A stretch of 64,000 nucleotides of DNA from an uncultured Alphaproteobacteria bacterium (GCA_963783195.1 CAWAMV010000001.1:642-64641), one strand, 5' to 3'. Counted from the first letter of the stretch, positions 42,757-52,433 are shown. The notes: generated from the letters alone by a model not told the origin. Numbers and translations: made by a program.

Positions 42757-43055
42757 GGTGAGCGTTCCTTCTGTGGATCAAAAAAGACCAGCGAGCCGCG
42801 TGCGACCCTTATGAGGAACGATGGTCAGGCTAGTTATCTCGTAATATAATTCGCAGAGCAACCGGCCGAATCGGAAATAAATTACAATTCGATGAGTCTA
42901 TTGGTTTTATTGTTTTATAGACAAGCAAGTCGGCCCGCAGGTTTGGTCGTCAACGGAATCGTTGGGAACAGCGATCATCGGGTGTCAATCGGCGTCCAAT
43001 CGGGACCCCCTATCGGCGCGCAAAAGGGACCCCCCTTGCGATTATGGGGATCGGT

Positions 43056-43182
43056 GGCACTGTCAGACCAAGGGGGCAGGTGCTAGCGGGGCGGATGAGC
43101 CGCAAGTCACGAGCCAAGGCAGCTAGCCCTTTTCGATACTTTCACTCCTCGCCGGAGGTGATCCGGCTGGTGGTGATGCTGA
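43056..43182 (+). mobile_element. IS6 (subtype A) left-end fragment, ~127 bp
   Basis: GGCACTGTCAGACCAAGGGGGCAGGTGCTAGCGG plus the first ~26 transposase codons (MSRKSRAKAASPFRYFHSSPEVIRLVVML), then a break. Confidence 0.8.
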
Positions 43183-43193
43183 TGGGGTGGACG

Positions 43194-43684
43194 GGCACTG
43201 TCAGAAGGATGGGGCCGGTGCTAGCGGCGGCGGATGAGCCGCAAGTCACGAGCCAAGCCGCCTAGTCCTTTTCGGTACTTTCACTCCTCGCCCGAAGTGA
43301 TCCGGCTGGTGGTGATGTTGTACGTAAGGTTCCCACTGTCGCTTCGTAACGTCGAGGACCTGCTGTCGGAGCGCGGCATAGATGTCTGCCACGAGACGGT
43401 GCGGCACTGGTGGAACCGCTTTGGCCCGATGTTCGCAGCCGACATCCGCCGGCAGCGGACGAGCCGGATGCGAGGCTTTCGCCAGTGGCGCTGGCATCTC
43501 GATGAGATGTACGTCCGCCTGAACGGGGAGATGGTGTACCTCTGGCGAGCCGTCGACCAGGAGGGCGAGGATCCTCGAAAGCTTCGTCACGAAGACGAGG
43601 GACAAAGCAGCAGCGCTCACCTTCATGAAAAAGGCACTCAAGCGCCACGGCTCACCAGAGGCCATCACCATCGACGGTCTGCGC
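43194..43684 (+). mobile_element. IS6 (subtype A) left ~490 bp, truncated by the next copy
   Basis: GGCACTGTCAGAAGGATGGGGCCGGTGCTAGC, with the transposase starting at 43234. There is an extra G near 43568 (DQEGE|D). It ends at ..ITIDGLR, where a new left repeat starts (43685). Confidence 0.8.
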
Positions 43685-43755
43685 GGCACTGTCAGACAAA
43701 CGGGGCAGCTGCTAGCGGCGGTGGATGAACCGCAAGTCCCGAGCCAAGCCACCTA

Positions 43756-44600
43756 GGCTCAGGACCTATTAAAGGGATTCCCAAGGGCTTGATCTTCTGA
43801 TTCAACGGCAACGCTGAGGAGGCGTTGTCGTGAGTGATCTGATCTGGTTGTCGGAGGCGCAGATGCGCCGGATCGAGCCGTATTTTCCGCTGTCGCATGG
43901 AGTGCCGCGGGTCGATGATCGCCGGATCGTTAGCGGGATCATCTTCGTGATCAGGAATGGGTTGCGCTGGCGAGATGCACCGCGCGAGTATGGTCCGCAC
44001 AAGACGATCTACAACCGGTTCATCCGCTGGAGCCGGTTGGGCGTGTTCAACAAGATCTTTGCCGCACTGGCTGCGAAGGGCGGCAAGCCGGATCAGCTGA
44101 TGATCGATGCCACGCATCTCAAGGCTCACCGAACAGCTGCCAGCCTCTTAAAAAAGGGGCTCTTCCCAGACGTATCGGACGCACCAAGGGCGGTCTGAAC
44201 TCCAAGCTTCATGCGGTCTGCGATGGCCAGGGGCGGCCACTGGTCATGCTCCTCAGCGAAGGCCAGATGAGCGACTTCAAGGGCGCTGCGTTGATGGTCG
44301 ACGCGCTACCCAGGGCCAAGGCACTGCTCGGAGACAAGGGCTATGATGCCGACTGGTTCCGCGCCGCTCTGGCCAATCGCGGGATCACCGCCTGTATCCC
44401 TTCAAAGGCCAATCGAAAGCTGCAGATACCGCACAATCCCATACTCTATCGTCAGCGCCACAGGGTCGAGAACATGTTCGGCAAACTCAAGGACTGGCGC
44501 CGCATCCACACGCGCTACGACCGCTGCGCCCACACCTTCATGTCCGCCATCTGCATCGCCGCAACCGTCATCTTCTGGCTCGATCAATGAGTCCTGAGCC
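43756..44600 (+). mobile_element. IS5-family (IS427-group-like) element, 845 bp
   Basis: The terminal repeats are GGCTCAGGACCTATT and AATGAGTCCTGAGCC. TA lies on both flanks inside a CTAG of the IS6 gene. It carries a two-frame transposase. Confidence 0.85.
43830..44590 (+). CDS. IS5-family transposase, two frames joined by a probable programmed -1 frameshift at A_AAA_AAG (44150-44156)
   Basis: OrfA is 43830-44198 (GTG start after GAGGAGG; MSDLIWLSEAQMRRIEPYFP..RWRDAP). OrfB is 44246-44590 (..DKGYDADWFR..YRQRHRVENMFGKLKDWRRIHTRYDR). Reading in the -1 frame after the heptamer gives KKGALPRRIGRTKGGLNSKLHAVCDGQGRPL. Confidence 0.85.
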
Positions 44601-45294
44601 TAGCCCGTTCAAGTACTTCAACTCCTCGCCGGAGGTCATTCGCCTCGTGGTGATGCTGTATGTCCGTTTCCCGCTAAGCTTGCGCAACGTCGAGGACCTG
44701 CTGTCGGAGCGCGGCATCGACATTTGCCACGAGACCGTGCGCCACTGGTGGAACAGGTTCGGTCCGCTGTTCGCAGCGGACATACGCCGGCAGCGGGTCA
44801 GCCGGATGCGCGGCTTCCGCCAGTGGCGCTGGCATCTCGACGAGATGTACGTGAGGCTGAATGGAGAGATGGTCTACCTGTGGCGAGCGGTCGACCAGGA
44901 GAGCGAGATCCTCGAGAGCTTCGTCACGAAGACGAGGGACAAGGCTGCAGCTCTTACCTTCATGAAGAAGGCGTTGAAGCGCCACGGCTCACCCGAGGCG
45001 ATCACCACCGATGGTCTGCGCTCGTACAAGGCAGCGATGAGCGAGCTTGGTAATGCCGACAAGCAGGAGATCGGCCGCTGGGCGAACAACCGGGTGGAGA
45101 ACTCACACCTCCCGTTCCGACGACGAGAGCGAGCGATGCTCAGGTTCAGGCAGATGAAGTCGCTACAAAAGTTCGCCTCGCTCCACGCCAACGTCCACAA
45201 CCACTTCAACCAAGAACGCCACCTGATCGACCGAGAGACCTACAAAGCCCGCCGCTCGGCCGCCTTGGCCGAGTGGCAGAACCTCATGGCATGA
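44587..45294 (+). CDS. IS6-family transposase with hybrid N-terminus (first codons from the IS5 right end)
   Basis: This 235-aa ORF, MSPEPSPFKYFNSSPEVIRLVVMLYVRF...AEWQNLMA, is the only subtype A transposase frame in the window with no internal frameshift. Its ATG 44587 overlaps the IS5 transposase stop as ATGA. Confidence 0.7.
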   Translation: MSPEPSPFKYFNSSPEVIRLVVMLYVRFPLSLRNVEDLLSERGIDICHETVRHWWNRFGPLFAADIRRQRVSRMRGFRQWRWHLDEMYVRLNGEMVYLWRAVDQESEILESFVTKTRDKAAALTFMKKALKRHGSPEAITTDGLRSYKAAMSELGNADKQEIGRWANNRVENSHLPFRRRERAMLRFRQMKSLQKFASLHANVHNHFNQERHLIDRETYKARRSAALAEWQNLMA

Positions 45295-45358
45295 AGCTTG
45301 CCGGGGAAGGGGAGGGGTGTGTCAGCCGGAGAGCGGTTCGCATTGGACTGACACCTCC

Positions 45359-45583
45359 CTTGCGGGCCATGTGCTTGCCTCAACGGGAGCTGCCGGAGCG
45401 CCCGTATAGGGCACGCGGGCGACATTGCCAGATCGGCAAGTCTTCGAGCTTGTGAAGATGCTTCCTCGAGAAGCGAACTCCGGATCTCCGTGCCGCAGGT
45501 GCGCTCGGGAGCTATGGGCGCCGCGCGTATGTCCGCTTCAGCGCCCTTGGAACTGGAAGCAGTTGTTCTGCAATCGGCCCAAA
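45359..45583 (-). repeat. Copy 2 of a ~226-bp repeat (copy 1 at 59615-59841)
   Basis: Roughly nine-tenths identical by eye to the leader region of the HNH gene, including ATGGCCCGCAAG (its first 4 codons). It is cut at 45358/45359 by the IS6 right end. Confidence 0.8.
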
Positions 45584-45676
45584 AGCTGACAAAAAGCTTC
45601 CTCGGTTGCGAACCTCCGGCCTTCAGTTGCGAAACCAAAGGGTGCTTGGGGCCTCGTCCATTTCCATTTGCGGATA

Positions 45677-45705
45677 GCAGGCCGGAGGGTTTGCCTCCGG
45701 CCTGC
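45677..45705. terminator. Hairpin GCAGGCCGGAGG-GTTTG-CCTCCGGCCTGC (12-bp perfect stem)
   Basis: Lies 18 nt beyond the stop (45724) of the minus-strand adhesin gene. No clear U-tract is present. Confidence 0.4.
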
Positions 45706-45723
45706 CCAAGCTGCCGGCAGGGA

Positions 45724-47727
45724 CTACCAGGCGGCTTGGAATCCAGCCCGAGCGCCAACTTCGCTCGATTTGAAGCCCATGCCAATCCCGGCGGAGAAGG
45801 CTGCGTTCTCGCCAGCACGGACGGCCATCGAGAGCGAACCGGCGGTCCGACCATTGTAATAACCGAAACCGCCGGCCAGGCCGAAAGTCGTCCCAGCGGG
45901 GAGGTTGGGACTTTCCATCCCCAGCGCCATCGCGACGCCTTCGTTGGCCTTGCTGATGTCTCGGCGGTTGACGTCGGCCAGATCAAACAGTGACTGAACC
46001 TGCAGACCCATCGCGGCCGAACTGGACTGCAGGGCCGCCATTTGGCTAGCTTGCGCCGTACCCGCCGACTGCAGGGAGGCGATGCTCGTACGGATCGTCG
46101 TGTCGCGGCCGATTGTGCCATCGGCCGAAACCGTCACCACATCGGTGGGCCCGACCTGCGCAGCGGTGCTGGAGGCGATGCTCGCCACCGTCACCGACGT
46201 ACCAGCGCCACCCAGCATGACCTGATTGGCGCGGGTCGTCTGGGCCCCGGCGCCCACGGGCGGTCGAACCGGCTTGTCCCGCGATGGCCTGGGCGCCGAC
46301 GGCTGTTCCCCTGGCCCCCTCGACGACTGCCTGCGAACCGACGGCGGTGCCGAAGTCGGCCGTATGGTTGAGCGTTTCGTCTTGCGGGCCGAACGGGAAA
46401 TTCGCCGGATCTATGAAGCCGACGCGCGACTGTGCGCCGACCACCGTCGTTCCGGTGCCCACCCCGTATGAACCGCGAATACCCGTTATTGCGCTCTCGC
46501 CCTCGAAGGTGCTCAGGCTGAAGGCGGCGTTACCTCCGATGGCGACCAAGTCCGCGCCGTTGGTCTGCGCCATGGTGCCGAGCGCGATGCTTCCCTGACC
46601 CGCAGCCCGCGACAGAACACCACCGGCAAAGGTGAAGGTATCGACCGTGTTGGCCTGGAGGCCGATAGCCGTGCTGCCTTCCGCCGCGGCATTGGCGTGA
46701 TTGCCCACAGCCGTTGTCGCGGGACCAGTGGCCAGCGCTCCGCCGCCGGAAGCGTAGGAATCCTCGCCATCCGCCGATGCGAGCTCGCCGATGGCCGTTG
46801 CATGTTCGCCCACAGCCATGGCGTTTGACCCCAGCGCGGTGGCGCGGTCTCCGTTCGACACCGCGTTCGAGCCAACAGCGGTCGAGCTCAAGTAGGCGCC
46901 CGTGCTGGCATTCTGTCCCACCGCCGTGCCGCCTTGCCCGGCGGCGTGTGACCCTGCGCCAAGGGCGGTCCCGCCATCGAACTCGACAACTGCCTGGAAG
47001 CCGAAGGCCGAGCCGAGACTTGCGGCCACGTCGAGAGAACTATCACGCGCCGGATCGAACAGGCTCATAAGTCCAGCAGACAAATCGAGCACTCCCACAC
47101 GCGCCTGCCCGCCCACTACGGTCGAGCCTGCGCCATTGGCATAGGCGCCGCGAAAGCCGGTGACCGGGCTCTGTGGATCGCCTTCCGGGAGCGGGGTCGC
47201 TGAATTGCCCCCGATCGCGATGGAATCGTTCCCGTCGTCTGCGCCAGCTTACCGATGGCCACGGCATCGCTACCCTCCGCGGTAGATAGCACGCCGACTG
47301 CTACCGCCGCCTGTTCGAGCGAACGCGCGTTGTAGCCAAGCGCGGTGCTGCCTTCGGCGCCCGAAAACGTTCCTACGCCCAGCGCGGTGCCGAAGGAGCC
47401 TACTGCTGCGGCGCCGGTCCCCACAGCCAGGTCCTCTGCCCCCAGGGCGGCGCTGCCGGTACCGATCGCGACGGCTTCGCTGCCGGATGCCTGTGAGACG
47501 GTGCCCACGGCTGTTGCTGCCTGGCCCTGCGCTGCTGCGTTGACGCCAACCGCTGTGGCGCCGGGCTGTCCGGCAATCGCGCCGGGCCCGCATTCCGTGC
47601 TGAACGGCGCGACACCTGCATTGCACTCAGGAGTTCCATCGGCCCAGGCGGGTGTGCCGAAAGACAAGGCGGCGACACTCGCGGAGAGTGCCAGCGCGCG
47701 GCGGCTATTGATTACGGTGATCATCAT
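45724..47727 (-). pseudogene. Trimeric autotransporter adhesin (YadA-like), two frameshifts
   Basis: ORF 47116-47727 has a signal peptide and head repeats (ATAVG.., SEAVAIGTGSAALG). ORF 46046-47116 has more head repeats (NDSIAIGGNSA upstream in that frame). ORF 45724-46257 has the membrane anchor ending ..GARAGFQAAW. The shifts lie near 47245-47252 and near 46240-46260. Confidence 0.8.
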
Positions 47728-47826
47728 GGGTCCCTTTCCATCGGTGTTGCCGGCGGGTGTGCCGGCGAGACCAAGGCTGCGGACAACCGACCCGATGAAA
47801 CAGGACGCAGAGCCGATGATTTCCCG

Positions 47827-49860
47827 ATGACCGCCGATGATTGCGGCCGTGCCCTTGCCGCGAACGAGGCGATGGGCGAATTCGCGTTACTCCATGAAAG
47901 ATCAAAGGTATGTCTTGCGCCCGAGAGGGGGTTACAGCGTCTTGGCGTCAGGCACCGACAGCCGTTCTGCGGAGGTGTTCCGCATCGACAGGCCCGAGCT
48001 TCCCCGCTGCGGTCTCCGGTCGACCTCGCTCGCGAGGGGCCTTTCACGATCGGAAAAGTCCGGGTGGACCCGGCCACGCGGCAGGTGATCCATGCCGACG
48101 GGCAGCCGGAAACGCTCGAACCGCGCGTGATGGAGGTGTTTGTCGCGCTGCACCGTGCGGGGGAAGCAATCCTCAGCCGCGACGATCTTACCTCTGCCTG
48201 CTGGCGCGGCATGGTAGTGGGCGAGGATGCCATCCAGCGCGTGATCCAGCGCCTGCGCAAGCTCGCAACGGCGACTGGTGCGTTTCGGATCGATACGATC
48301 ACCAGGGTAGGCTATCGGCTGCTGCCGGAAGAGGTGCCGGGGCCTGAGCAGGAACATGTTGCGGCTGGCTCGACCCGGTCCCATCTCTGGCCCCGGCTGG
48401 CTCTCGCTGCTGCGATGATCGCTGTCCTCGCCTTTGCCGGCTCGGCCTGGTGGCGCGGCTCACGTCCGGTTCTGGCACACGATTACACTATTGTACTGGG
48501 GCAGACCCGTTGACGCGCGGCTGCTCGGGTCGCGGCGGCAGGATTCCACGATGATCTGCGCGCGCGACTGACCAGCGCCAACGCCATCAATTTGGTACAG
48601 GGCAAGAGCGACTTCGCCATCGCCTCGTCAATGGCGTCCCACCCGCAGGGAGTTAAACTTACCGTGTGGTTGGCCGACCAGCGCGATGGATCAAGTCTGT
48701 GGTCGAGCGAGTTCATCGTGCCCCCCGAGGAGCTGGAGACGATCGCCGATTTGGTGAATTTCGAGATGCAGTGCGCCGTCGGCGGGGCGGCGGAATACCC
48801 AGGCTCGCTCGTTCCTGCGGAACTCAAGCTGTTCGCACAAGTCTGCGCGGCACTGCACCTGTACACCGGCGGCGGCCCGAACCGCGGGCGCGACCTGGCG
48901 CGCGAGCTGACCGCCCGGCGACCGGACTTCTCGCGGGGCTGGTCCAACCTCTCGGCCGCCAACATGGTCCTTGCCCTGGGCGCGCCGGCCGGACCGGAGA
49001 GGACCGCCCGCTTCGAAGATGCCCGATCCGCCGCCCAAATCGCCGTGAAGCACGACCCGACCAATCCCGAAGCGCTCGGCACGCTTGCCTTGCTGACCCC
49101 CGCCAGCGACTGGAGCGCGCGGGCAGGCGGACTGGCCAAGGCCGTCGATGCCCGGGTCAGCGCCTGCGGCTGCGAATGGGGCTGGAATGCTGCCTTCCTG
49201 CTGCAGGCCGGACAACCGCGCGCTGCGGCCGAAGCCTATGGCCGGCAAATCGACATGCAGCCGTTTTCGTTCCAGCCGATTATTGAGGCAGCGTATGCCT
49301 ACGACTACGCCGGCGACCGGCGTGCGGCAGACGCAATGATCGCGCAGATCAGTGGTCGCCAAAAGGTCGGCAGACTTGGTCTGGTGCTGTGGAACCGGGC
49401 CGTTCGGGCGCACAACTGGACAAAGGCGCGGTCGCTGCTGCCCGGCATTATGCCGCCGCAGCCCGCGCTCGAGCAAGTCGACGCCGCGCTGGCAAGCCTC
49501 GAAAGGGGCGGCACCGTACAGTCGCTTGCCCGCACAGCGCTGGTGAAGCCCAGTGGTAGCGTCGAAGCTGACGAAGCGCGGGCCAGACTTCTCGCCGCGA
49601 TGGGCGATTTTCCGGCCGCGCTCAACGTAGTCAAGAGTATGCTGCCCAGCCGCACAGCGCTCGAAGTGCCGCTTGATCCCGCGGCGGCTCACGCACTTTG
49701 GCTGCTGTGGGACCCGCTCTTCGCGCCTGCACGAAATGACCGTAGCTATCTCGCGCTGCTGCGAGGGAGCGGCGTGATCGACTACTGGCGCAAAAGCGGG
49801 ACGCGACCCGAATTTTGCAGCGCACCCGGAGAGCCGAGCCTTTGCTACAACCTGCGATAA
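47827..49860 (+). pseudogene. wHTH (OmpR/CadC-type) - TM - TPR-like regulator, interrupted by an in-frame TGA at 48511-48513
   Basis: ORFs 47827-48513 and 48592-49860 are in the same frame. The first has LEPRVMEVFVALHRAGEAILSRDDLTSACWRGMVVGEDAIQRVIQRLRK..ITRVGYRL plus a TM segment. The second is the periplasmic part. The whole aligns with 38404-40293. Confidence 0.7.
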
Positions 49861-49865
49861 AGAAC

Positions 49866-49893
49866 CGCAGCGCAAGGGCCATCCACAAATGAC
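49866..49893 (+). repeat. Solo copy of the IS1111-like end motif CGCAGCGCAAGGGCCATCCACAAATGAC
   Basis: Lies between two convergent genes (stops at 49860 and 49910). No transposase sequence is attached. Confidence 0.5.
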
Positions 49894-49909
49894 AGGCTCA
49901 CTGCTTCGA

Positions 49910-50821
49910 TCAGGGCGAGCAGCTAGTACAGGCGACATACCCCATCACCGTGCGCCATTCGGTCCAGCCAGTGTCATCGTAACCCCCGGTCGCTGGGCCA
50001 TTCCAGTAAACTCCGAGCTCGTTAGCACTCGCCCCGAAGAGGCGGCCGCGGAGCTCGCCCTGTCGCGGCGCACCTGGCACCGCGATCACCCCTGCAAAAG
50101 TACCGTCGGGCTGCAGGTCGGCAGGGTCCATCACGGCGCGGACCTTGTTGTCATAGGGTCCCCAGGCGTCAGTGTACGCTGTTGTCACTGTCCCGCTGAC
50201 CTTTCGCGTCGCGAAATCCACGACGAGGGCACTTTGCGGAGTCGTATCAGTCACAAAGACCCGCGTGCCGCTGCTCGGCAATTCTCCCGTCGGAAGTCCA
50301 AATTGAGCCGAACCATAAACAAATGGCTGAACTCCGTCTGCTGATTGCCAGAAAACCCGCCCCATCGCCGCGCCGTCAGCGTAAAGCGAAACGTAAACCG
50401 GAGCCTGGCTGCTGTCGGCCCCGATCAGGGAAAACGCAGCGGGATTGTTACCAGGAAAAGTATAGACCAGCTTGCCGGCTCCGAAATCCGCCAAAGCTGC
50501 AGTATAGGTCATTTCGGTTGCCGACCACCCAAGCGCCGCCTTGTCAGGCGCGAGCGCCAGGACTGTGTCGGCGGTACCCTGGCTAGTTTGCTGCCAGCCG
50601 ACGACTGCGAAGGGGCTGGTCGCGGTCAGGCCAAAGGGTGCCGGCGGCAATTTGCTCGGGACGGAGCCCGATCCTACGCTTGAGGACCCTCCGCTACCGG
50701 TCCCTACGCCACTTCCGCTGGAAGGGGACGGCGAAGGTCCGCCTCCGTCTTCGCCGCCGCACGATGCGAGACCCAGGGAAACCACGCTGGCCAGGACCAG
50801 CCGCGAGACCGTGAAGAGCAT
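49910..50821 (-). CDS. Lipoprotein with possible TbpB/HpuA-like C-terminal beta-barrel
   Basis: 303-aa ORF. The lipobox is SLGLASC-GG, followed by a Gly/Ser-rich linker. The C-terminal pattern GTFAGVIAVPG..GELRGRLFGASANELGVYWNG resembles the G.F.G.FYG..A.E.GG motif of transferrin-binding-protein-like barrels. Confidence 0.5.
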   Translation of the reverse strand: MLFTVSRLVLASVVSLGLASCGGEDGGGPSPSPSSGSGVGTGSGGSSSVGSGSVPSKLPPAPFGLTATSPFAVVGWQQTSQGTADTVLALAPDKAALGWSATEMTYTAALADFGAGKLVYTFPGNNPAAFSLIGADSSQAPVYVSLYADGAAMGRVFWQSADGVQPFVYGSAQFGLPTGELPSSGTRVFVTDTTPQSALVVDFATRKVSGTVTTAYTDAWGPYDNKVRAVMDPADLQPDGTFAGVIAVPGAPRQGELRGRLFGASANELGVYWNGPATGGYDDTGWTEWRTVMGYVACTSCSP

Positions 50822-50930
50822 CGCTCGTACTCCCTATCATTATGATCTTGTGGGCTTGTCAGTTTGTTACGGTATGGGCCATGATGGAAAACTGATGGAG
50901 CCGGTCTGTCGTTCGTCGCGTGGGACCGAA

Positions 50931-52374
50931 ATGAACGAGCATCCGAATAATATTCCTCGAGCGGTTGAGCGTGGCGACTTCGCGCTGGCCGGGGCATTGA
51001 TCAGCCCTGCATTGCGATGTGTAAGCGGGCCGGGAGGACGCAGCCTGCTGGAACCACGGATGATGCAGGTTCTTGTTGTCCTTGCCGAAAGGCCCGGGCG
51101 ACTGGTCACGCGCGCCAAACTTGTCGAGCAGTGCTGGGGCGGCGCCGTTATCGGCGAAGACAGCATCAACCGCGCAATTTCGGGGAATCCGCCGCGCTGC
51201 CAGGCTCGTGGCGCAGGACTCATTCCGGATCGAAACCGTCGCCGGCTCCGGTTATGTGCTTGTCGTCGGGGGCACGATGGCGGGCCAGGAAGCCCCCGGC
51301 ATCGCGGACGAAGTCGCCGACAAGGCGATCCTCGCTGCCCGTCGAACCTGGCGGCTCGGCCTTCCGGCGATCAACCCATCCGACCTCGGAAGACTACGCA
51401 CGGCCACCAAGCTCGCCCCAAAGCGCGCGGATGCGTGGGGCATGCTCGCCCTGCTGCTGCGCCATGCCGTTGAATACGCCGACGCGGGTGATTGCGCGGC
51501 GCTGGTCTCGGAATGCGAGGAGGCGGCCGAGCGCGCCTGCGAGCTCCAGCCCCTGCAGCCTGATGCGACGGCCGCGCTGACGGGGATCTGGCCCATCTTC
51601 GGCGATTGGAAGCGGCGTCGGCATGCGCTTCTTGCTGCGCTGAAGAAAAATCCGGGGCACGCCCCGCTGCTCCACGACCTGCTCGTGCTGGAAATGTCGA
51701 CAGGCCGTCCGCGCGCGGCTTTCGAAATCCTCGAGCCACTCTATCGGCACGATACGCTCGCGGCGATCTATCACTACAAGATGATCTACCAGCTCTGGAC
51801 GCTTGGCCGATCAGCCGAGGCGGACAGGGTGGCGGATCGGGCGATGCAAATGTGGCCGCGCCATCCGGCGATCTGGTTCTGTCGTTTCTGGCACCTTTCT
51901 TTTACTGGCCGCGCTCCTCAGGCACTGCAGCAGCTGCAAGACGAGGCCAATCGACCCCCCGTACCGCCGCAGGCGCTGGCTCATCTCGAAGCCACTCTGC
52001 GGGCCTTGCTCGACCCGTCGCCGGAGTTGCGGGCGCAGGCGATCACGGCGAACCTTGCCGCTGCCCGGCGAGGCCCCGCGCAAAGCGTTCATGCTCTGAT
52101 CCAGCTCTCGGGCATGGGGGAAGTGGATCCGGCTTTTAGGGTCGCCAGGGCCTATTACCTCGGCCAAGGCCACCTGCCGGTGGCGATACGTAAGTCGCCG
52201 AGCGACCCGACTATTAATGAACTTCACAGGCGAGCAACTCAGGCGCTCTTCATTCCCACGGGTCGAGCGATGCGCGAAGATCCACGGTTCCTGCCGATAG
52301 TGTCGGAAATGGGACTTGCCGACTACTGGAACGATTGCGCGATCGAGCCGGAATTTCTCGCGGCAGGAGCTTAA
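50931..52374 (+). pseudogene. wHTH (OmpR/CadC-type) - TPR-like regulator, one frameshift near 51175-51190; 3' end abuts an IS6 repeat
   Basis: MNEHPNN..LEPRMMQVLVVLAERPGRLVTRAKLVEQCWGGAVIGEDSINRAIS lies in the frame of ORF 50541-51473. It continues as IRRAARLVAQDSFRIETVAGSGYVLV... in ORF 51073-52374. The stop lies 3 bp before the IS6-like repeat at 52377. Confidence 0.65.
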
Positions 52375-52376
52375 TT

Positions 52377-52433
52377 GGCGCTGTCAGACGAACGACGCAG
52401 CTAGCAGCGGTGGGGGAATGCAGCGCAAGTCCC
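52377..52433 (+). mobile_element. IS6-like left-end fragment (divergent)
   Basis: GGCGCTGTCAGACGAACGACGCAGCTAGCAGCGGTGGGGGAATGCAGCGCAAGTCCCG parallels the subtype A left repeat through the first transposase codons. Confidence 0.6.

Larger units (their letters stand above)
43685..45354 (+). mobile_element. IS6 (subtype A) copy interrupted by an IS5-family element
   Basis: The left repeat GGCACTGTCAGACAAACGGGGCAGCTGCTAGC and ATGAACCGCAAGTCCCGAGCCAAGCCACCTA run up to 43755. IS6 sequence resumes at 44601 and ends ..CATTGGACTGACAC at about 45354. Confidence 0.8.

Noticed and set aside
43056-43760. Regularly recurring ~35-bp GGCACTGTCAGA.. repeats as a possible CRISPR array
   Set aside because: The repeats are IS6 terminal repeats followed each time by transposase coding sequence. 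Spacing is irregular (138 and 491 bp). No cas genes are present.
48511-48513. In-frame TGA as a selenocysteine or programmed read-through codon
   Set aside because: No SECIS-like hairpin is obvious just downstream. The aligned position in the paralog is not Cys. The neighbouring paralog is also broken. A nonsense mutation is the simplest reading.
48691-49938. 415-aa minus-strand ORF opposite the second wHTH-TPR regulator, and 55526-56674 (+) opposite the P-type ATPase
   Set aside because: They are shadow ORFs with no motifs. The other strand carries the recognisable domains.
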